From Octopus vulgaris (Eukaryota), in assembly GCA_951406725.2 (NCBI GenBank), contig OX597829.1, positions 51,646,001-51,710,000 on the forward strand: a stretch of 64,000 nt of DNA, written 5' to 3'. The notes below the pieces were generated by a model. That model was not told the origin of the DNA, searched no databases, and was given only the letters and a program-made list of their open reading frames with translations. The stretch's first letter is position 1, and each line of letters begins with the position of its first letter. Below, piece by piece: positions 26,471 through 40,840 of the stretch. The translations under genes were made by a program, and so were the position numbers.

Positions 26471-27271
26471 CTTAATATTTCCATATTTCCTTATCCTCTT
26501 TACTAAAAGTAACCTGTAATTTTAAAAACAACAACTTTTAAGAAATATTTTTATTGTTGTTGTTGTCAAACGCTTAAAGTGAGCGATGATGCCATCGTTA
26601 GAATTAACCGTATATTTTATTCATGCTTTTAACTAACCGCATCTATGGCACTGGTTAGAGTGCAGTAAAAGAGTGTGGACGTATCTGTGTGGTTAGCAAG
26701 AATTCGTTTTACAACCCACATGGCTTTCTGTTCATTCTCACACTGTACACCCTGGATTTAATCAAAAGTTTCGTGAGGGAAATTCGGTGAATTTTTCTTC
26801 TGTCGTGATTCCATTCATATCTAGGATGCATTACAGGAATATTAAACTGACCTCGAAATGTGATTTATACAATGTTTCATCAATGCCAGAAAGATCAAAG
26901 AGAGATGAAAGTTCACTTTGACAGTCGTTTGACAGCCTATATCTAAATAATATAAGGTATTCTGTCTGGCGCTGAACAACCTAGCTCGGTGCAGGCTACA
27001 ACATGTAACGTGGTCCCAGGTTTAACCCCACTAAGCAGAGCTTCAGGTATATACTGTTATGAACTCAGATTGAATTTATACTAGCATAAAAAAAAGACAG
27101 TAAAATAAGGGCAAGCATGGCTGGGAGGGTAAGCAGTTTGCTTCCCAACAAAGTAGTCTTGGGTTCAATCCCACTGCAAGCCATAGTCTTGTGAGTGGAT
27201 TTAGTAGATGGAAACTGTAAGAAGCTTGTCGTTTATATAGAGAGAGTAGTCACCATATTTCATTCCATAAT

Positions 27272-27364
27272 GGCTATCTCTGATGAGTACAGGGTTACAT
27301 AATCAGACTGTTACTTAACACTCTGTTGAAACCCTTAATGCGAAACTGATTGGTAAGATTGGTT
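27272..27364 (+). ncRNA. Type I hammerhead ribozyme motif with long stem II
   Basis: ggctATCT-CTGATGA-G…agggtt…aaccct…C-GAAA-C tgattg G-TA-AGAT. Homologous copy at 44160-44250. Confidence 0.6.
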
Positions 27365-27457
27365 GTAATGGATATATAATACTGTAAACTTTGATTAATG
27401 TGCATATATATATATATATAGTATAATATAAATAGATAGACATAGACAGACAAACAG

Positions 27458-27488
<31 letters not shown>

Positions 27489-27559
27489 CATACAAGTTAT
27501 TTAGGTTAAGTTAGCCTAAAAGGGAAAAGAAACACAATATTCCATCCTAAAATAAAAGT

Positions 27560-28380
27560 ATTTTTTTAAAAATCAAAAAATATCAAATTAGGTTATAGCT
27601 GAGAGAGAAGAGTTTAGTCAAAGTAACCACCCTCAGCTTCTACCTCAGCCCCTCAAGGTGATTCTGGAATCTGACACATGTGTTCCTCACTGTAAACCCA
27701 GGAAGATCATTAGAGGCCTCCTCAGTCTTGACCATCAGTTCAGCCTTGGTGTAGCAAGCAGAGCCAGTTGGTGTCTTTCTCAAGTGTACCCCACATATAA
27801 TAATCCTTGGGATTATAATCAGGGGAATTAAGAGGCCAGAAATTGGGGCTGGTAGAGTCTTAGAAATTCTCTGGCAACCACTTCTGACTCTTTCCAGAGG
27901 TATGGCAAAGAGCCAAGTCCTACACCACACAGCAATCCTTTCCAACCAGAATTTGGCCACAGTCTCCAGCAGCTTCACATAGCTGTCTGAACTGAGCCTA
28001 AGATGTTGTGTAGCAATGATGCCACCCTCACTGGAGACAAATAACAGTTTGGTGGAACTTGGTTTTCATATGTGGAACTTCACATGGATTGTAGGCAAGC
28101 CATCTGTTGTTCTGAATATTGTGCAGCTGATCCCAACAGAAGTTCTTTTCATCTAAGAAGAACTGGATTATCTTTGGCTCAGTAGGATACCCTAGTTTGT
28201 TTAGGAGTTTCTTTGCCTTTGTCAAGTGGTTCTCCTTGGCATTGGCTGTCAGAATTTGTCCTTTATGCCTCTTGTAAGTGTGGTAGCAAAGGTCCTCATT
28301 CAGAGATATCTTTATGATGGTAACTCCCACATCTATCTCTTTCACCAAAACTCCAATTTCTTGCTTGGATCTTCCATCAT
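27560..28380 (-). mobile_element. Decayed maT/DD37D-like Tc1-mariner transposase fragment
   Basis: YKRHKGQILT…KKLLNKL…FFLDEKNF…NNRWLA…MKTKF, followed by frameshifted catalytic-domain remnants. Confidence 0.75.
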
Positions 28381-29138
28381 ATACTTATGTGTATGTGTCT
28401 TTATGCCTGTGTGACTTTGTGCTTGTATTTGTCCCCCATCCACTGCCCGGCAACCAGTGTTGGCAAAAAGGTACCGACAGAAAAAATACCAGGCTTAAAA
28501 ATAAGTACTGGGACTGATTTGTTTGACTAAACTCTTCAAGCTGTGCTCCAGTATGGCCACAGTCCAATGACTGAAACAAGTAAAAGATAAAAGATATACT
28601 GGGATTGATTTGTTCAACCAAAACCCTTCAAGGTGGTGCCCCAAGAAGAGGTTGAGGTAGAATTTGTCCTCCTCCTCCTCCTCCATCCTCCTCATCATCA
28701 TGATCATGATCATCATTATCATCATTATCATCATCATCACCATCCACTTTCTATGCTGTCATGGGTTCGACAGTTTGACATGGATCTGGCTTGCAGGGAG
28801 CTGTCTAGAATTAACTGTCTGTTGTGACATGGTTTCTATGGTTGGACACCCTTCCTAATGTCAACCATTTTACAGAGTGTACTGGGTTCCTTTTTACATG
28901 CCATTGGCATGGGTGCGTTAAAGCAGCACCAGCACAAGTTCTTTTAAAGTGGCACCAGCAACCGAAAGGATGAGCCTGTATGTGTGGAAGACTCCAACCT
29001 CGTAAAACACTCACCAACAATAGCTACCCAAAACAGACCCAAGGGTCGGAGAATTGTCTCCCCAGCGATGCAAAATTCTCATCCACCAGGAGTAGGGAAT
29101 CACCAACAAATGGTAGATGCAGGGATATGCATGCCCCT

Positions 29139-29203
29139 CTACTACTACTACTACTACTACAACTACCCTGACTACTACAACAACTACTATTACTACTACC
29201 ACC

Positions 29204-29277
<74 letters not shown>

Positions 29278-29284
29278 CAACACC

Positions 29285-29319
<35 letters not shown>

Positions 29320-29328
29320 CACTACAAC

Positions 29329-29364
<36 letters not shown>

Positions 29365-29434
29365 CACCACTACTACTACTACTACTACCACTACAACTAC
29401 CACTACTACTACTACTACTACTACCACTACAACT

Positions 29435-29496
<62 letters not shown>

Positions 29497-29497
29497 C

Positions 29498-29539
<42 letters not shown>

Positions 29540-29543
29540 CCTA
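29139..29543. repeat. (CTA)n/(CCA)n microsatellite
   Basis: Directly visible. Confidence 0.98.
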
Positions 29544-29995
29544 CTGTTACATGACACAAAACTTAAAATCAGTGTAGTAGCAAGACCAGGCAGACGCATC
29601 AAGTCACTAACTGTTATGCAAAAATACAATAATTTAAGAAAACATTTCGCATAGAAAAGTGCAAAGTATTCACCATAAGCCCTAAAGTAAACTGCAAAAC
29701 TAGAAACATTGTGTACCATATGAGATGTGTGGAAAGGCAGGGTAGGGACACCGTTACATCCTAGGTTTATGTAAAAGAATTTCAGAGCTGTATGGTAAGA
29801 AGTTCAGTTGCACTCTGTGACAACTTGAGCAAATGTATCCTACAATAGCATTGGTTTGACCAAGGTCTTGTGAGTGGATATGATAGATGAAAACTGAAAC
29901 AAGCCCATGGTATGTATGTATGCATATATATATGCTAAAGGTTTGCAGCCGTCTACTCAACATGCAGGAATTGTACACCTATTTTGTACATCTTT

Positions 29996-30085
29996 ATCTA
30001 CCTCTGAAGAGATTCGACTTTCAAATAATTTTAAATTTAATTAATTAATTTTCTGAGGGTCTGAATTGAAACACCTGTAAGGGAT
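29996..30085 (+). ncRNA. Type I hammerhead ribozyme motif with intact core
   Basis: CCT-CTGAAGA-GATTCGAC…GTC(T)GAATT-GAAA-CAccTG-TA-AGG. Stems I, II and III and a GUA cleavage triplet are present. Confidence 0.7.
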
Positions 30086-30594
30086 GTTTGTCAATTTTTT
30101 AAATTAATAAATAATAATTTATTAATTACCTCTCTATTTTCTCATCTTATTACACACACACACACACACACACACATATGATGGACTCTCCCATTGAAGA
30201 CGACGAATGAGCAGTCAGCTTTTACCAAACAACCTGCACAAATGAAAAGAAGCATACATCCATACTCTATCAATATACAAAACAACTGCTCACTAAAACA
30301 TGTTCAAAGAGAAATTCTTTCCAACATCTCTAAAAACTTGAATTTATAGCAGATCACAGAAGCTAATCAAATATAGCAAACTGACCGAGTCCGACTTGAC
30401 CCATCGCGGTCCAGCCAAACTCGCATGTTTAATACAAAGAACTAGTGGTTTAACTACATCTCGCTAAATGCAGAACATAACTATAATACATAAGTAAGGA
30501 TAGAATAAGTTTAAAAACAACAAAGTTCTACTTTAGCCTCAGGCTGACCAAAACCTTGTGAGTGAATTTCATATACAGAAACTGAAAGATGATA

Positions 30595-30830
30595 AGGCGG
30601 CGAGCTGGTAGAAACGTTGGCACACCGGGTGAAATGCTTAACGGTATTTCGTCTGCCACTATGTTCTGAGTTCAAATTCTGCTGAGGTCGACTTTGCCTT
30701 TCATCCTTTCGGGGTCGATAAATAAAGTACCAGTTGCATACTGGGTCGTTGTAATCGACTTAATCCCTTTGTCTGACCTTGTTTGTCCCCTCTATGTTTA
30801 TAGCCCCTTGTGGGCAATAAAGAAATAAGA
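30595..30830 (+). mobile_element. Meta-like SINE nested in an OR2-like SINE (30525-31110)
   Basis: ggcggcgagctggtagaaacgtt…taaagaaataa. agaaactgaaaga occurs on both sides. Confidence 0.85.
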
Positions 30831-30876
30831 AACTGAAAGAGGACCCTAGTGTGTGTGTGTGTGTATGTGTGTGTGT

Positions 30877-30909
<33 letters not shown>

Positions 30910-31150
30910 ATTGTCCTCTACCACAGCTTAACAACTTGTGTTTGTGTGTTTAAATCCATGCAACTTAGTGGTTTGGCAAAAGAGACCAATAGAATAATTA
31001 CCAGGCCAAAGTGGAAAAAAAAAGAAAGTATTGGAGTTGATTCATTCAGCTAAACCATTTTTGAAGGCGGCAGTCTGCTAGTATGGCAACAGCTTAATGA
31101 CTCTAACAAATAAAAGATAAAAGATAAAATTTAAAAAAAAACACACACAC

Positions 31151-31207
<57 letters not shown>

Positions 31208-31629
31208 GTATGTAAATATATATACACACGCACAATATATACAAACATGTTCTTAAGTTGTCAACAGTGAAAGGAGGCAAAGTAAAGAATTTAAACAGCA
31301 ATGCCATCAATTCAAGTACTTAATGTAGAAGAGATGTAATGACAGCAAAACCAGTCAAAAACCAAACATTTTAAAAATATACAAACATCGAAAAGGCTTT
31401 GGGTGGATGTTGTGGAAAGTGATTATTTTTTTGGAGGGGAGGAAAATAAACAAACAACGACAGCTTTGGAAGGAGAAGAGAAATATAAACAAACAAACAC
31501 CTATTGGTAAGTGTGTTTATAGGCTTTCCTAAGTAATTAATCTTATGATATATAAAACAATATTACAGAGTAGACACTGGCGTAAGGGCAGATAACTCAA
31601 ATGGGCATTTACATCACAGAGTATTTCAC

Positions 31630-31651
31630 CATACATACATACATACATACA

Positions 31652-31685
<34 letters not shown>

Positions 31686-32075
31686 CATACAATCATACAT
31701 ACATATGTGCACACACATACATATGCACACACACATAAATACACACATACACACATACATACATACACACATACATACATACATGCATACATACACACAC
31801 ACACACACAATCATACATACATACATACATACATAAATACATACATACATACATACACACATACATACATGCATAAATGCATGCATGCATACATACATAC
31901 ACACACACAATCATACATACATACATACATAAATACATACATACATACATGCATACATATATACATACATACATACAATCATACATACATATGCGCACAC
32001 ACATATATACATAAATACACACATAATGCATGCATACACACACATTCACACACACACACACACAAACAAACAAAC
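31630..32075. repeat. (CATA)n/(CA)n compound microsatellite
   Basis: Directly visible. Confidence 0.97.
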
Positions 32076-32547
32076 ATAAGTATGACTGTTTGTATAAAAC
32101 TGAAAAGAAGAGAGAAGCTGACAGCCATGAGATGGAGGAAAAATTAAGACGAAAGGGAAACTTAATGATGAAATTCTATCTCAGATAAATGCATAGCATT
32201 ATGCCTTCTAACAGTGTATGGGCATTTAGTATGATCAACAGATGGCAGTTTTAATTTAAGGCTGTTTCAGTTGTGTATACTCTCTGTACGAGGAGAGGCT
32301 GAAGAAAGCAGAGGAGAGAAACGTGTTTAAACCAGTTGGTGCAATGGTTCAAAGTTTGAATATGAAACATTGTTCCTTTCATTTCCTTGAGTGTGTGAAT
32401 GAACAATGAAACTATGTGAAAAAATGTGATACACTGTTGTATGTGTAAGAGAATGGTTCATTATTTTGAAGTGGATTATGAAGGGTTGGCCTGCCACACA
32501 TAAAAGTGTATTTAAAATGTATTTGCAAAAATGATCAGCAAAGTGAT

Positions 32548-32630
32548 GGGCAAGTGTCTTCTACTATAGCCCCAGCCCATCCAAAACCTTGTGAGTGGAT
32601 TTGGTAGAGGGAAACTGAAAGAAGCCTGTC

Positions 32631-32665
<35 letters not shown>

Positions 32666-32920
32666 AGTGCGCGTGTGTGTGTATGTTTGTGTGTGTGTGT
32701 TTGTACCCCCACCATTGCTTGACAACGATGGTGGTGTGTTTACATCCCCGTAACTTAGTGATTCAGCAAAAGAGACCAATGTTGTGGTGCACCTGAGCAC
32801 TGTATACAATTAATTTCATTATTATTTTAGAATAAGTACTAGGCTTACAAAGAAGAAGTCCTGGGGTCAATTTGCTCGTCCAAAGGCAGTGCTCCAGCAT
32901 GGCCGCAGTCAAATGACTAA
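32548..32920 (+). mobile_element. 5'-truncated OR2-like SINE with a ~45-bp LINE 3'-tail insertion (32781-32828)
   Basis: The insert gttgtggtgcacctgagcactgtatacaattaatttcattattatt matches the LINE tail at 50295-50330 and 52655-52710. Confidence 0.75.
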
Positions 32921-33322
32921 TTTGTAATTACAAATTAGGGGCCAATGCGGTCCCTAATTAGGCTTACAAAGAAGAAGTCCTGGGGTCAATTTGCTCGTCC
33001 AAAGGCAGTGCTCCAGCATGGCCGCAGTCAAATGACTGATTTGTAATTGCAAATTAGGGGCCAATGCGGTCCCTAATTAGGCTTACAAAGAAGAAGTCCT
33101 GGGGTCAATTTGCTCGTCCAAAGGCAGTGCTCCAGCATGGCCGCAGTCAAATGACTGATTTGTAATTGCAAATTAGGGGCCAATGCGGTCCCTAATTAGG
33201 CTTACAAAGAAGAAGTCCTGGGGTCAATTTGCTCGTCCAAAGGCAGTGCTCCAGCATGGCCGCAGTCAAATGACTGATTTGTAATTACAAATTAGGGGCC
33301 AATGCGGTCCCTAATTTGTAAT
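32841..33322 (+). repeat. 119-bp tandem repeat, four units (SINE tail plus mini-hairpin)
   Basis: Units start at 32841, 32960, 33079 and 33198 and are nearly identical. Confidence 0.97.
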
Positions 33323-33509
33323 TTTGTTAATGTAAGAGGCAGGTGTTACATTATCAGCAATTATGATGAAATGTGTAGGGCTGGATGCAATGTAGCTTCT
33401 ATGTTGGAGGTTGGCAAGGTTTCCATCACTTTTGAAATGTGAAGAAAGATGGGTGGGAAAGATCAAAGTGGCTGTCAAAGAGTGGGATCTGGAAGTCATA
33501 TATGCTGCA

Positions 33510-33754
33510 CATATACATACATACATACACAAACACACACATATACATACATACATACATGTATGCATGCATATATATATATATATACATACGTATATAC
33601 ATACATACATACGTACATGCATGCATATATACATACATACATACATACACAAACACACACATGTACATACATTCTTGTACATACATACATGCATGCATAC
33701 AATGCATACATACAATACATACACACAATACATACATACAATACATAAACACAT

Positions 33755-33785
<31 letters not shown>

Positions 33786-33987
33786 TACATACATACATAC
33801 ATACATACATACATACATACATACATACATACATACATACATACATACATACATACATACATACATACATACATACATACATACATACATACATACATAC
33901 ATACATACATACATACATACATACATACATACATACATACATACATACATACATACATACACACATACATACATATATATATATATA
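33510..33987. repeat. (CATA)n microsatellite
   Basis: Directly visible. Confidence 0.98.
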
Positions 33988-34325
33988 CAGGGTCAGGCAA
34001 AATGATCTGACACATTTGTAGGTTAAATAAAAGGCAAATGAAGTAAAGAAACAAAAAAGTGTTTTTATTTTTGAAAAGTACATATAATGCCATTTTGTTT
34101 CATTATGTTTTAAAGATTAAATCAGTCAAATGGGATCCATTATTGTCCACACACTGTCGAAGGCATTCACGAAAGTTGTCAATAACTCGGCGGGTCATTT
34201 CATGTGGAATGGCAGTAATTTCTTGACGAATTGCATCTTTAAGTTGTTCAATAGATCGAGGGCAATTAATGTATACCTTTGACTTGAGGTATCCCCAGAG
34301 AAAAAAATCGCAGAAGGTGACAATC
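33988..34325 (-). mobile_element. 3' end of a Tc1/mariner transposon (transposase C-terminus plus TIR)
   Basis: CDFFLWGYLKSKVY…IEQLKDAIRQEITAI…CVDNNGSHL. TA followed by cagggtcaggcaaaa is the terminal repeat. Confidence 0.85.
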
Positions 34326-34529
34326 GAATGCACAGCATTGATAAGCCTCGACAAAGGCAAACCATGTTGTTGGTTCTCCTAACACATTGTAGTTATAATG
34401 TTCCAGTGTAAAAAATCCATGAAAAGATTTTATCTCAGAAAATTCTACAGCTTTATATCTTCTAATTGTGTATACACTTTTAATATATACTGATATACTA
34501 TACAGATGGCAATGTGTGTGTGTGTGTGT

Positions 34530-34560
<31 letters not shown>

Positions 34561-34634
34561 ATTCTCAACTGCAACTCTCAGGGGTGCATGTGACCCTCAA
34601 GACCCCTACCAGGAGCCCTCAACAGTCTTCCTCT

Positions 34635-35008
34635 CTTTTACTTGTTTCAGTCATTTGACTGCGGCCATACTGGAGCACCGCCTTTAGTCGAGCAAATCGA
34701 CCCCAGGACTTATTCTTTGTAAGCCTGGTACTTATTCTATCCGTCTCTTTTGCCAAGCCGCTAAGTTACTGGGATGTAAACACACCACCATCGGTTGTCA
34801 AGCGATGGTGGGAGGGTGACAAACACAGACAAACACACACACATATATGACAGTCTTCTTTCAGTTCCCATCTACCAAATCCACTCACAAGGCTTTGGAT
34901 GGGCTGAGGCTATAGTAAAAGACACTTGCCCAAGGTGCCACACAGTAGGACTGAACCAGGAACCATGTGGTTGGTAAGCAAGCTACTTACCACACAGCCA
35001 CTCCTGCA
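34635..35008 (-). mobile_element. OR2-like SINE
   Basis: Full family structure. Confidence 0.88.
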
Positions 35009-35367
35009 TCTTCCCTTCATAAATATAATACATTTTACTTTAATTCACTTGCATTTTACTTTTCTGGGTACAGGCTCCTAAAAATTCCAGGTTTTGGATC
35101 TGGTCTGTATGTTAAAAAGGTTAAGAAGCACTGGTTCAGATTCTACCATGGTTCACTTTGCTTTTCATCTTTTCAGGGTTGATAAAATTAGTACCAGTTA
35201 CACACTGGGGTTGATGTAATTAGCCATCCCTCTTGCTATAAATTGCTGGCCTTGTGCCAAAATTTGATTGAACAGAATTATAAAAATCTATTTGACCAAA
35301 GCCAGATGGAACTTCACAACAACTAAAGATATATGGAAATATACTGAAGAGCAGAGAAGGGTTAGGG

Positions 35368-36662
35368 CAGCGTTTCTCAACATGGGGTCCCCCGGAACCC
35401 TAGTGTTCCACAAGAAAGAGTGAGATAAGCTAATGCTAATTTCATGATCCTAATATTACAAAACATGCACAACATATCATTGGTTATTGTAATATAGACA
35501 TCATCCTATCTAACCTATTATGTTATCAAAAAAAATAACAACCTTTGGGGATATATTTAGTGATGTCCGTTATTTACGGGCACTCTCTCTCTTTCTCTAT
35601 ATACGTATGTATGTATGTATGTATGTATGTATGTATGTATGTATGTATGTATGTATGTATGTACGTACGTATGTATGTATGTATGTATGTATGTATGTAT
35701 GTATGTATGTATGTACGTACGTACGTACGTACGTATGTATGCATGCATGCATGCATGCACGCATGTATGTATGTATGTATGTATGTATGCATGTATGTAT
35801 GTATGTATGCATGTCAGGTCACTTTCGAGTGCTACAGGTAACATGTAACCCAGTACAACCTGTTGCATGGTCGGGCCATCGGTGACTAAACCGGCAAACC
35901 CACCAAGCTTGCTTGGTGAGGAGGGTGTTTATTGGACACCCTGCGGAATGAAAAACAAAACCCGTCAAAGGGCAGAGGAACTCTTGAGAGTCAACGGCCA
36001 TCCAATAAATGCCTTAAGGCTGTATCATTCGTGGGGACATAGAAATAATCGGACTGAATACCTGATCGTGCGGTTAAACCATTGGGAGTGAAGGACTCCT
36101 AGCCTTTGTTAGGGCATCCTTCTAGGAGAGGGTAACTCAGGTAACTGGGATAACTCCGACATAAAACCTGCGGCTCAGTGGTTACCGATGATGTTGACTT
36201 GTTCTTCTTTTCGGATTATGGCTGCTGTTGCTTTGTGAGTGGGATTGACTCAGTGCACAGCCTTTCCTCACTTTAAAAACAAAATCTTCTTGGACAGGCA
36301 TTGCACGATAACAACATTGTTCATGATTGTTGATGGTGCTGTGAGTCTCAACTGAATGGCTGGCTGTAGCCTTAAAAAGCAAATAAAAGTCAAATTCGAT
36401 CACAGCACTGATAACAGTTAAGCTTCATGCAATGGCCAAACTCGATAACGAGGGGGCAGCCATCATGTATGTATGTATATACACACACGCACATATATGT
36501 ATGTATGTATGTCTGTCTGTATGTATGTATGTATGATATTTAATGTGAATTATGATGAAAAATATGAGAAAGATATGACATGTAATTTTTTGTGCAGGGG
36601 TTCCTTGAGAATGTTATTTTAATTTAAGGGTTACGCAAGGGTAAAAAGGTTGAGGAACACTG
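35368..36662 (+). mobile_element. hAT MITE expanded by a microsatellite and a nested element
   Basis: TIRs CAGCGTTTCTCAAC / GTTGAGGAACACTG. TSD ggttaggg/ggttagaa (6 of 8 match). Confidence 0.7.
35812..36462 (+). mobile_element. About 650-bp non-coding element embedded in (TATG)n, with RTE 5'-UTR-like motifs
   Basis: GC-richer island containing agggcatccttctaggagagggtaactc. Its ends match the shorter inverted relative at 42283-42505. Confidence 0.55.
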
Positions 36663-37699
36663 GGTTAGAATATCAAGACTGCAACACAAATCCTCTTATG
36701 ATTACTTCTGATTAGCTAATGGTCAGCCAGGGTCTGTAGCATGGTTGAGTTAGGTGCAGACAGAGTATGATGGGAACAATAGATCTGCTGATTAGTGTTT
36801 AGTTGTTCAGCCAATTACCCATGCGCTTGATCGAAGCTGATCTGGGTTTCCATAACAATCAATTTCTTTATTCACCATATAAGATTAAGAGAAAGAGGGG
36901 ACAATATGAGGACAGACAAAACAAATATTGGGGTCAGGGGATCGAATGAGATGAAAGTATGAATAAACAATTTTTAATACATACAATAAAACGTGAATGA
37001 ATGATAAGCAAACAAATGAAGCAGAGGACGCAGTCGACCCCACAAACCAAATTCTCACACGGTAGACTTTGGGTTTTCTGTAAGTTATTTGATTTGAGTA
37101 TAAAGAAAAAAAGTAAGATGAACTAATAAGGCCGTAACTCCTAGCTTTTGATTTTTACCTGTTTATTTTAAAATACCTTTTGTAACCGACTTTAGCTTGT
37201 CATAACAATTTCAAATCTTTACTACACAAAATATAAATACTGGGATAAAATGGGAGGAAAAGAAACAAAAAAAAAATGTAAATTTAAATATGAATTTAGC
37301 GTCCAGTATAGCAAAACAAGAACACAAAAAAAAAAAAAAGACAGTAAAGATGATGAGAATAAAAGGATGTTAGGCTTGGCTGCTCAAAAATTTATTTAAA
37401 AATATAAAAAAAAAATAACAAAACAAAATACACACATACATGCATGCATATATACATACATACATACATACACATATGCACACAAAAAACAACACACATA
37501 CCTAATGATTTAGAAACAGGAAACCGATGACATTGGGAATAATTTACAACTAAATTCACAGGATATCACAAGACATAACTGAAGGTTATTCTGACAAAAG
37601 ACAAGAAGAAAAAAATATACAAATATAATATATAATATATATAAAAAAAATACTGATACAGGATTAGTTTTTAATTTTTTAAAATATGTATCTAAAGGA

Positions 37700-38342
<643 letters not shown>

Positions 38343-38344
38343 GT

Positions 38345-40757
38345 GAATGGCTAGTGAGAGCTAACCAAGCTAGGTACGGGGTTGTTCATGGTAAGGTGAA
38401 CATCAGCAATAAATACAGCAGCAAATTTAATGAGCAGGTAGGAGTTCACCAGGGATCATTTCTCCACACCCTTTTATTATTTACCATAGTCCTGCAAGCC
38501 ATAACAGAAGAGTTTCAGACTAGTTATCCATGGGAGTTATTCTATGTTGATGGGTTTGCTCTTATAGCTGATCTATAATAGAATTAGAGAAGAAATTTCA
38601 GGTGTAGAAGCAAAGCTGGAATAAAAGGACTTTAGAGTTGAATTAGCAAAGACCAAAATTCTAAGAAGCAGAAAAGCAGACACATTACACTTCCCTTCAA
38701 AGAAATGGCCCCACTCAAAATGTAGAAATGGTGTAGGTAGAAATTCCATACAGTGTACCCTGTACATAAGAGATGCAGTGGAATCACAGGAAGGTTAACA
38801 GAGAAAGTAGTCTTTGTGTGTAGCAGATGTGCAGGAACTATAAGCACTAAAAACACACATGAAATAGATTTCTTTAGATACCCAGGGGTATCCTTGGAGG
38901 TAGTGGATAATATCTGTTATCTTGATGATCTAATTAGCAATGGTGGAGGAGTTGAAAGTCTATTTGCAAGGGTACAAACTGGCAGGGGAGAGTTCAGAGA
39001 GCTTTCTTGGGGGAAAACAGAAAAGGCCTCTACTCCAGAGTAAAGAGTAGGATTGTGTGATACATGTGTACGAACACCTATGCTAGATAGTAGTGAAACG
39101 TGGGCTGTGACTGTAGAGGACATGCAAAAGTTTGAAAGAAATGAAGCTAGCATTGTTCCACTGGATAAGTGATGTCACTGTGCATATATGACAAAGTGTA
39201 AATGTGTTGAGATAAAAAAAATTGGATATTAGAGGCATAAGATGTTGTGTGCAAGACTGCAATGGGATGGTCGTGTGATGCATAAGGATAAAGAAGTGCT
39301 GATGTCTAATTGTGTAGGGGTTCCTTGAGAATGTAATTTATTTCAAGGGTTACACAAGGGTAAAAAGGTTGAGAAACACTGGGTTAGAATGTCAAGACTG
39401 CAACACAAATCCTCCTATGATTACTTCTGATTAACAAATGGTCAGACAGGGTGTGTAGCATGGTTGAGTTAGGTATAGACATGGTATGATGGGAACAATA
39501 GATCTATTGATTAGTGTTTAGTTTTTCAGCCAGTTACCCATGCGCTTGATCAGAGCTGATCTGGGTTTCCATAACAATCAATTTCTTTATTCACCATATA
39601 AGATTAAGAAAAAGAGGGGACAATACAAGGACAGACAAAACAAATATTGGGGTCAGGGGATCGAATGGGATGAACGTATGAATAAACCAGTGGAAAAGGA
39701 AGACCCAGGAAGAAGTGGATGAAAGTGGTAAAAAAATGATCTTCTGTTGTTTGAGCCTAAAAGATGAGTTGACAAAAGACTGGAATGATTGGCAAATTGC
39801 TGTGCCTGAGAAACCCTTCCATCTAAGTAAAAATGAGGCCCTAAAGGCATGTCATTTATGTCCATACCCCTGCTCACAATATGTCCCTAACAAACCTCTC
39901 CCCAACAACTCATATTCTTAATACTTCTCTCCCTCTACCAATGTTCGTCATCATCATCATCGTTTAACGTCCGCTTTCCATGCTAGCATGGGTTGGATGA
40001 TTTGACTGAGGTCTGGCAAACCAGATGGCTGCACCAGACTCCAGTCTGATCGCAATTCATTTTTTCCCCTCTTCTCTGGTCTTTGTCTCTCCACTCTTCT
40101 TTTGCACTGATGTGAACTTAGCTGTACACAACTGGCATGATGATCCTCTCTCCCTCATAACACCCTCTCCTTCCACCTGTATTCACTCATTGCATGCTCC
40201 TCCCCTCCACATCACACTCATCTTTTGTTCTCTCAAACTTATCTACCTTCTCACCCCATCAAATCCTCTGGACCACTCCTCTTGTATTCATCTTCCTCCA
40301 GCTTAAAGGTATATACTGGAACCTCATTACTATCTTTTCTGTCTGTCTGTCTGTCTCTCTCTCACTCTTTCTTCTTTGCTCTCTCCTCTTTCTCTCTCTC
40401 TTTTCCCAAATGGGGTATTCATGTATTATTTCCTCTTCAACAAGACACCTGTTTCTGTCCCTCTGGTCACACTCTAACACTCTCATCACCAGATACAAAG
40501 CCTACTCCCTCAATACAACTACAGACTCAGTTAAGGGTATATGTCTTGCAAGTTACCTGGTAACCCCATTGATGCTGGTGCAATATGAAAAGCACCTAGT
40601 ACACCCTGTAAAGTGGTTTGTATTAGGAAGGGTTTTCATTTATAGAAACTATACCAAAACAGACAGTAGAACTTGGTGCAGTCTTCTGACTTGCTAACTC
40701 CTGTCAAACTGCCCAACCCGTGTTAGCATGGAAAAATGGACATTAAATGATAATGAT
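38345..40757 (+). mobile_element. 5'-truncated RTE LINE: RT/C-terminal remnant, CT-rich 3' UTR and (ATG)n-like tail, with insertions at 39310-39687 and 39947-40050
   Basis: VGVHQGSFL…[25 protein letters not shown] (RT domains 4-5), VHKRCSGITGRL…FVCSRCAG, LEVVDNICYLDDLI, SETWAVT…, GRPRKK. Confidence 0.8.
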
Positions 40758-40765
40758 AAAAATAT

Positions 40766-40811
<46 letters not shown>

Positions 40812-40840
40812 TTTATTTATATATATATACTTTATTATAC

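Noticed and set aside
25479-26506. Mucin-like Thr-rich and Pro/His-rich ORFs
   Set aside because: They are explained by (CTA)/(CCA) tracts. There is no recognisable domain or supported splice structure.
32295-32330. CTGAAGA…GAAACGT hammerhead-like string
   Set aside because: No stem II or stem I pairing, and no UH site.
14019-33322. Regular 93-bp and 119-bp arrays resembling CRISPR
   Set aside because: The units are contiguous with no unique spacers, derive from SINE tails, and have no cas genes nearby.
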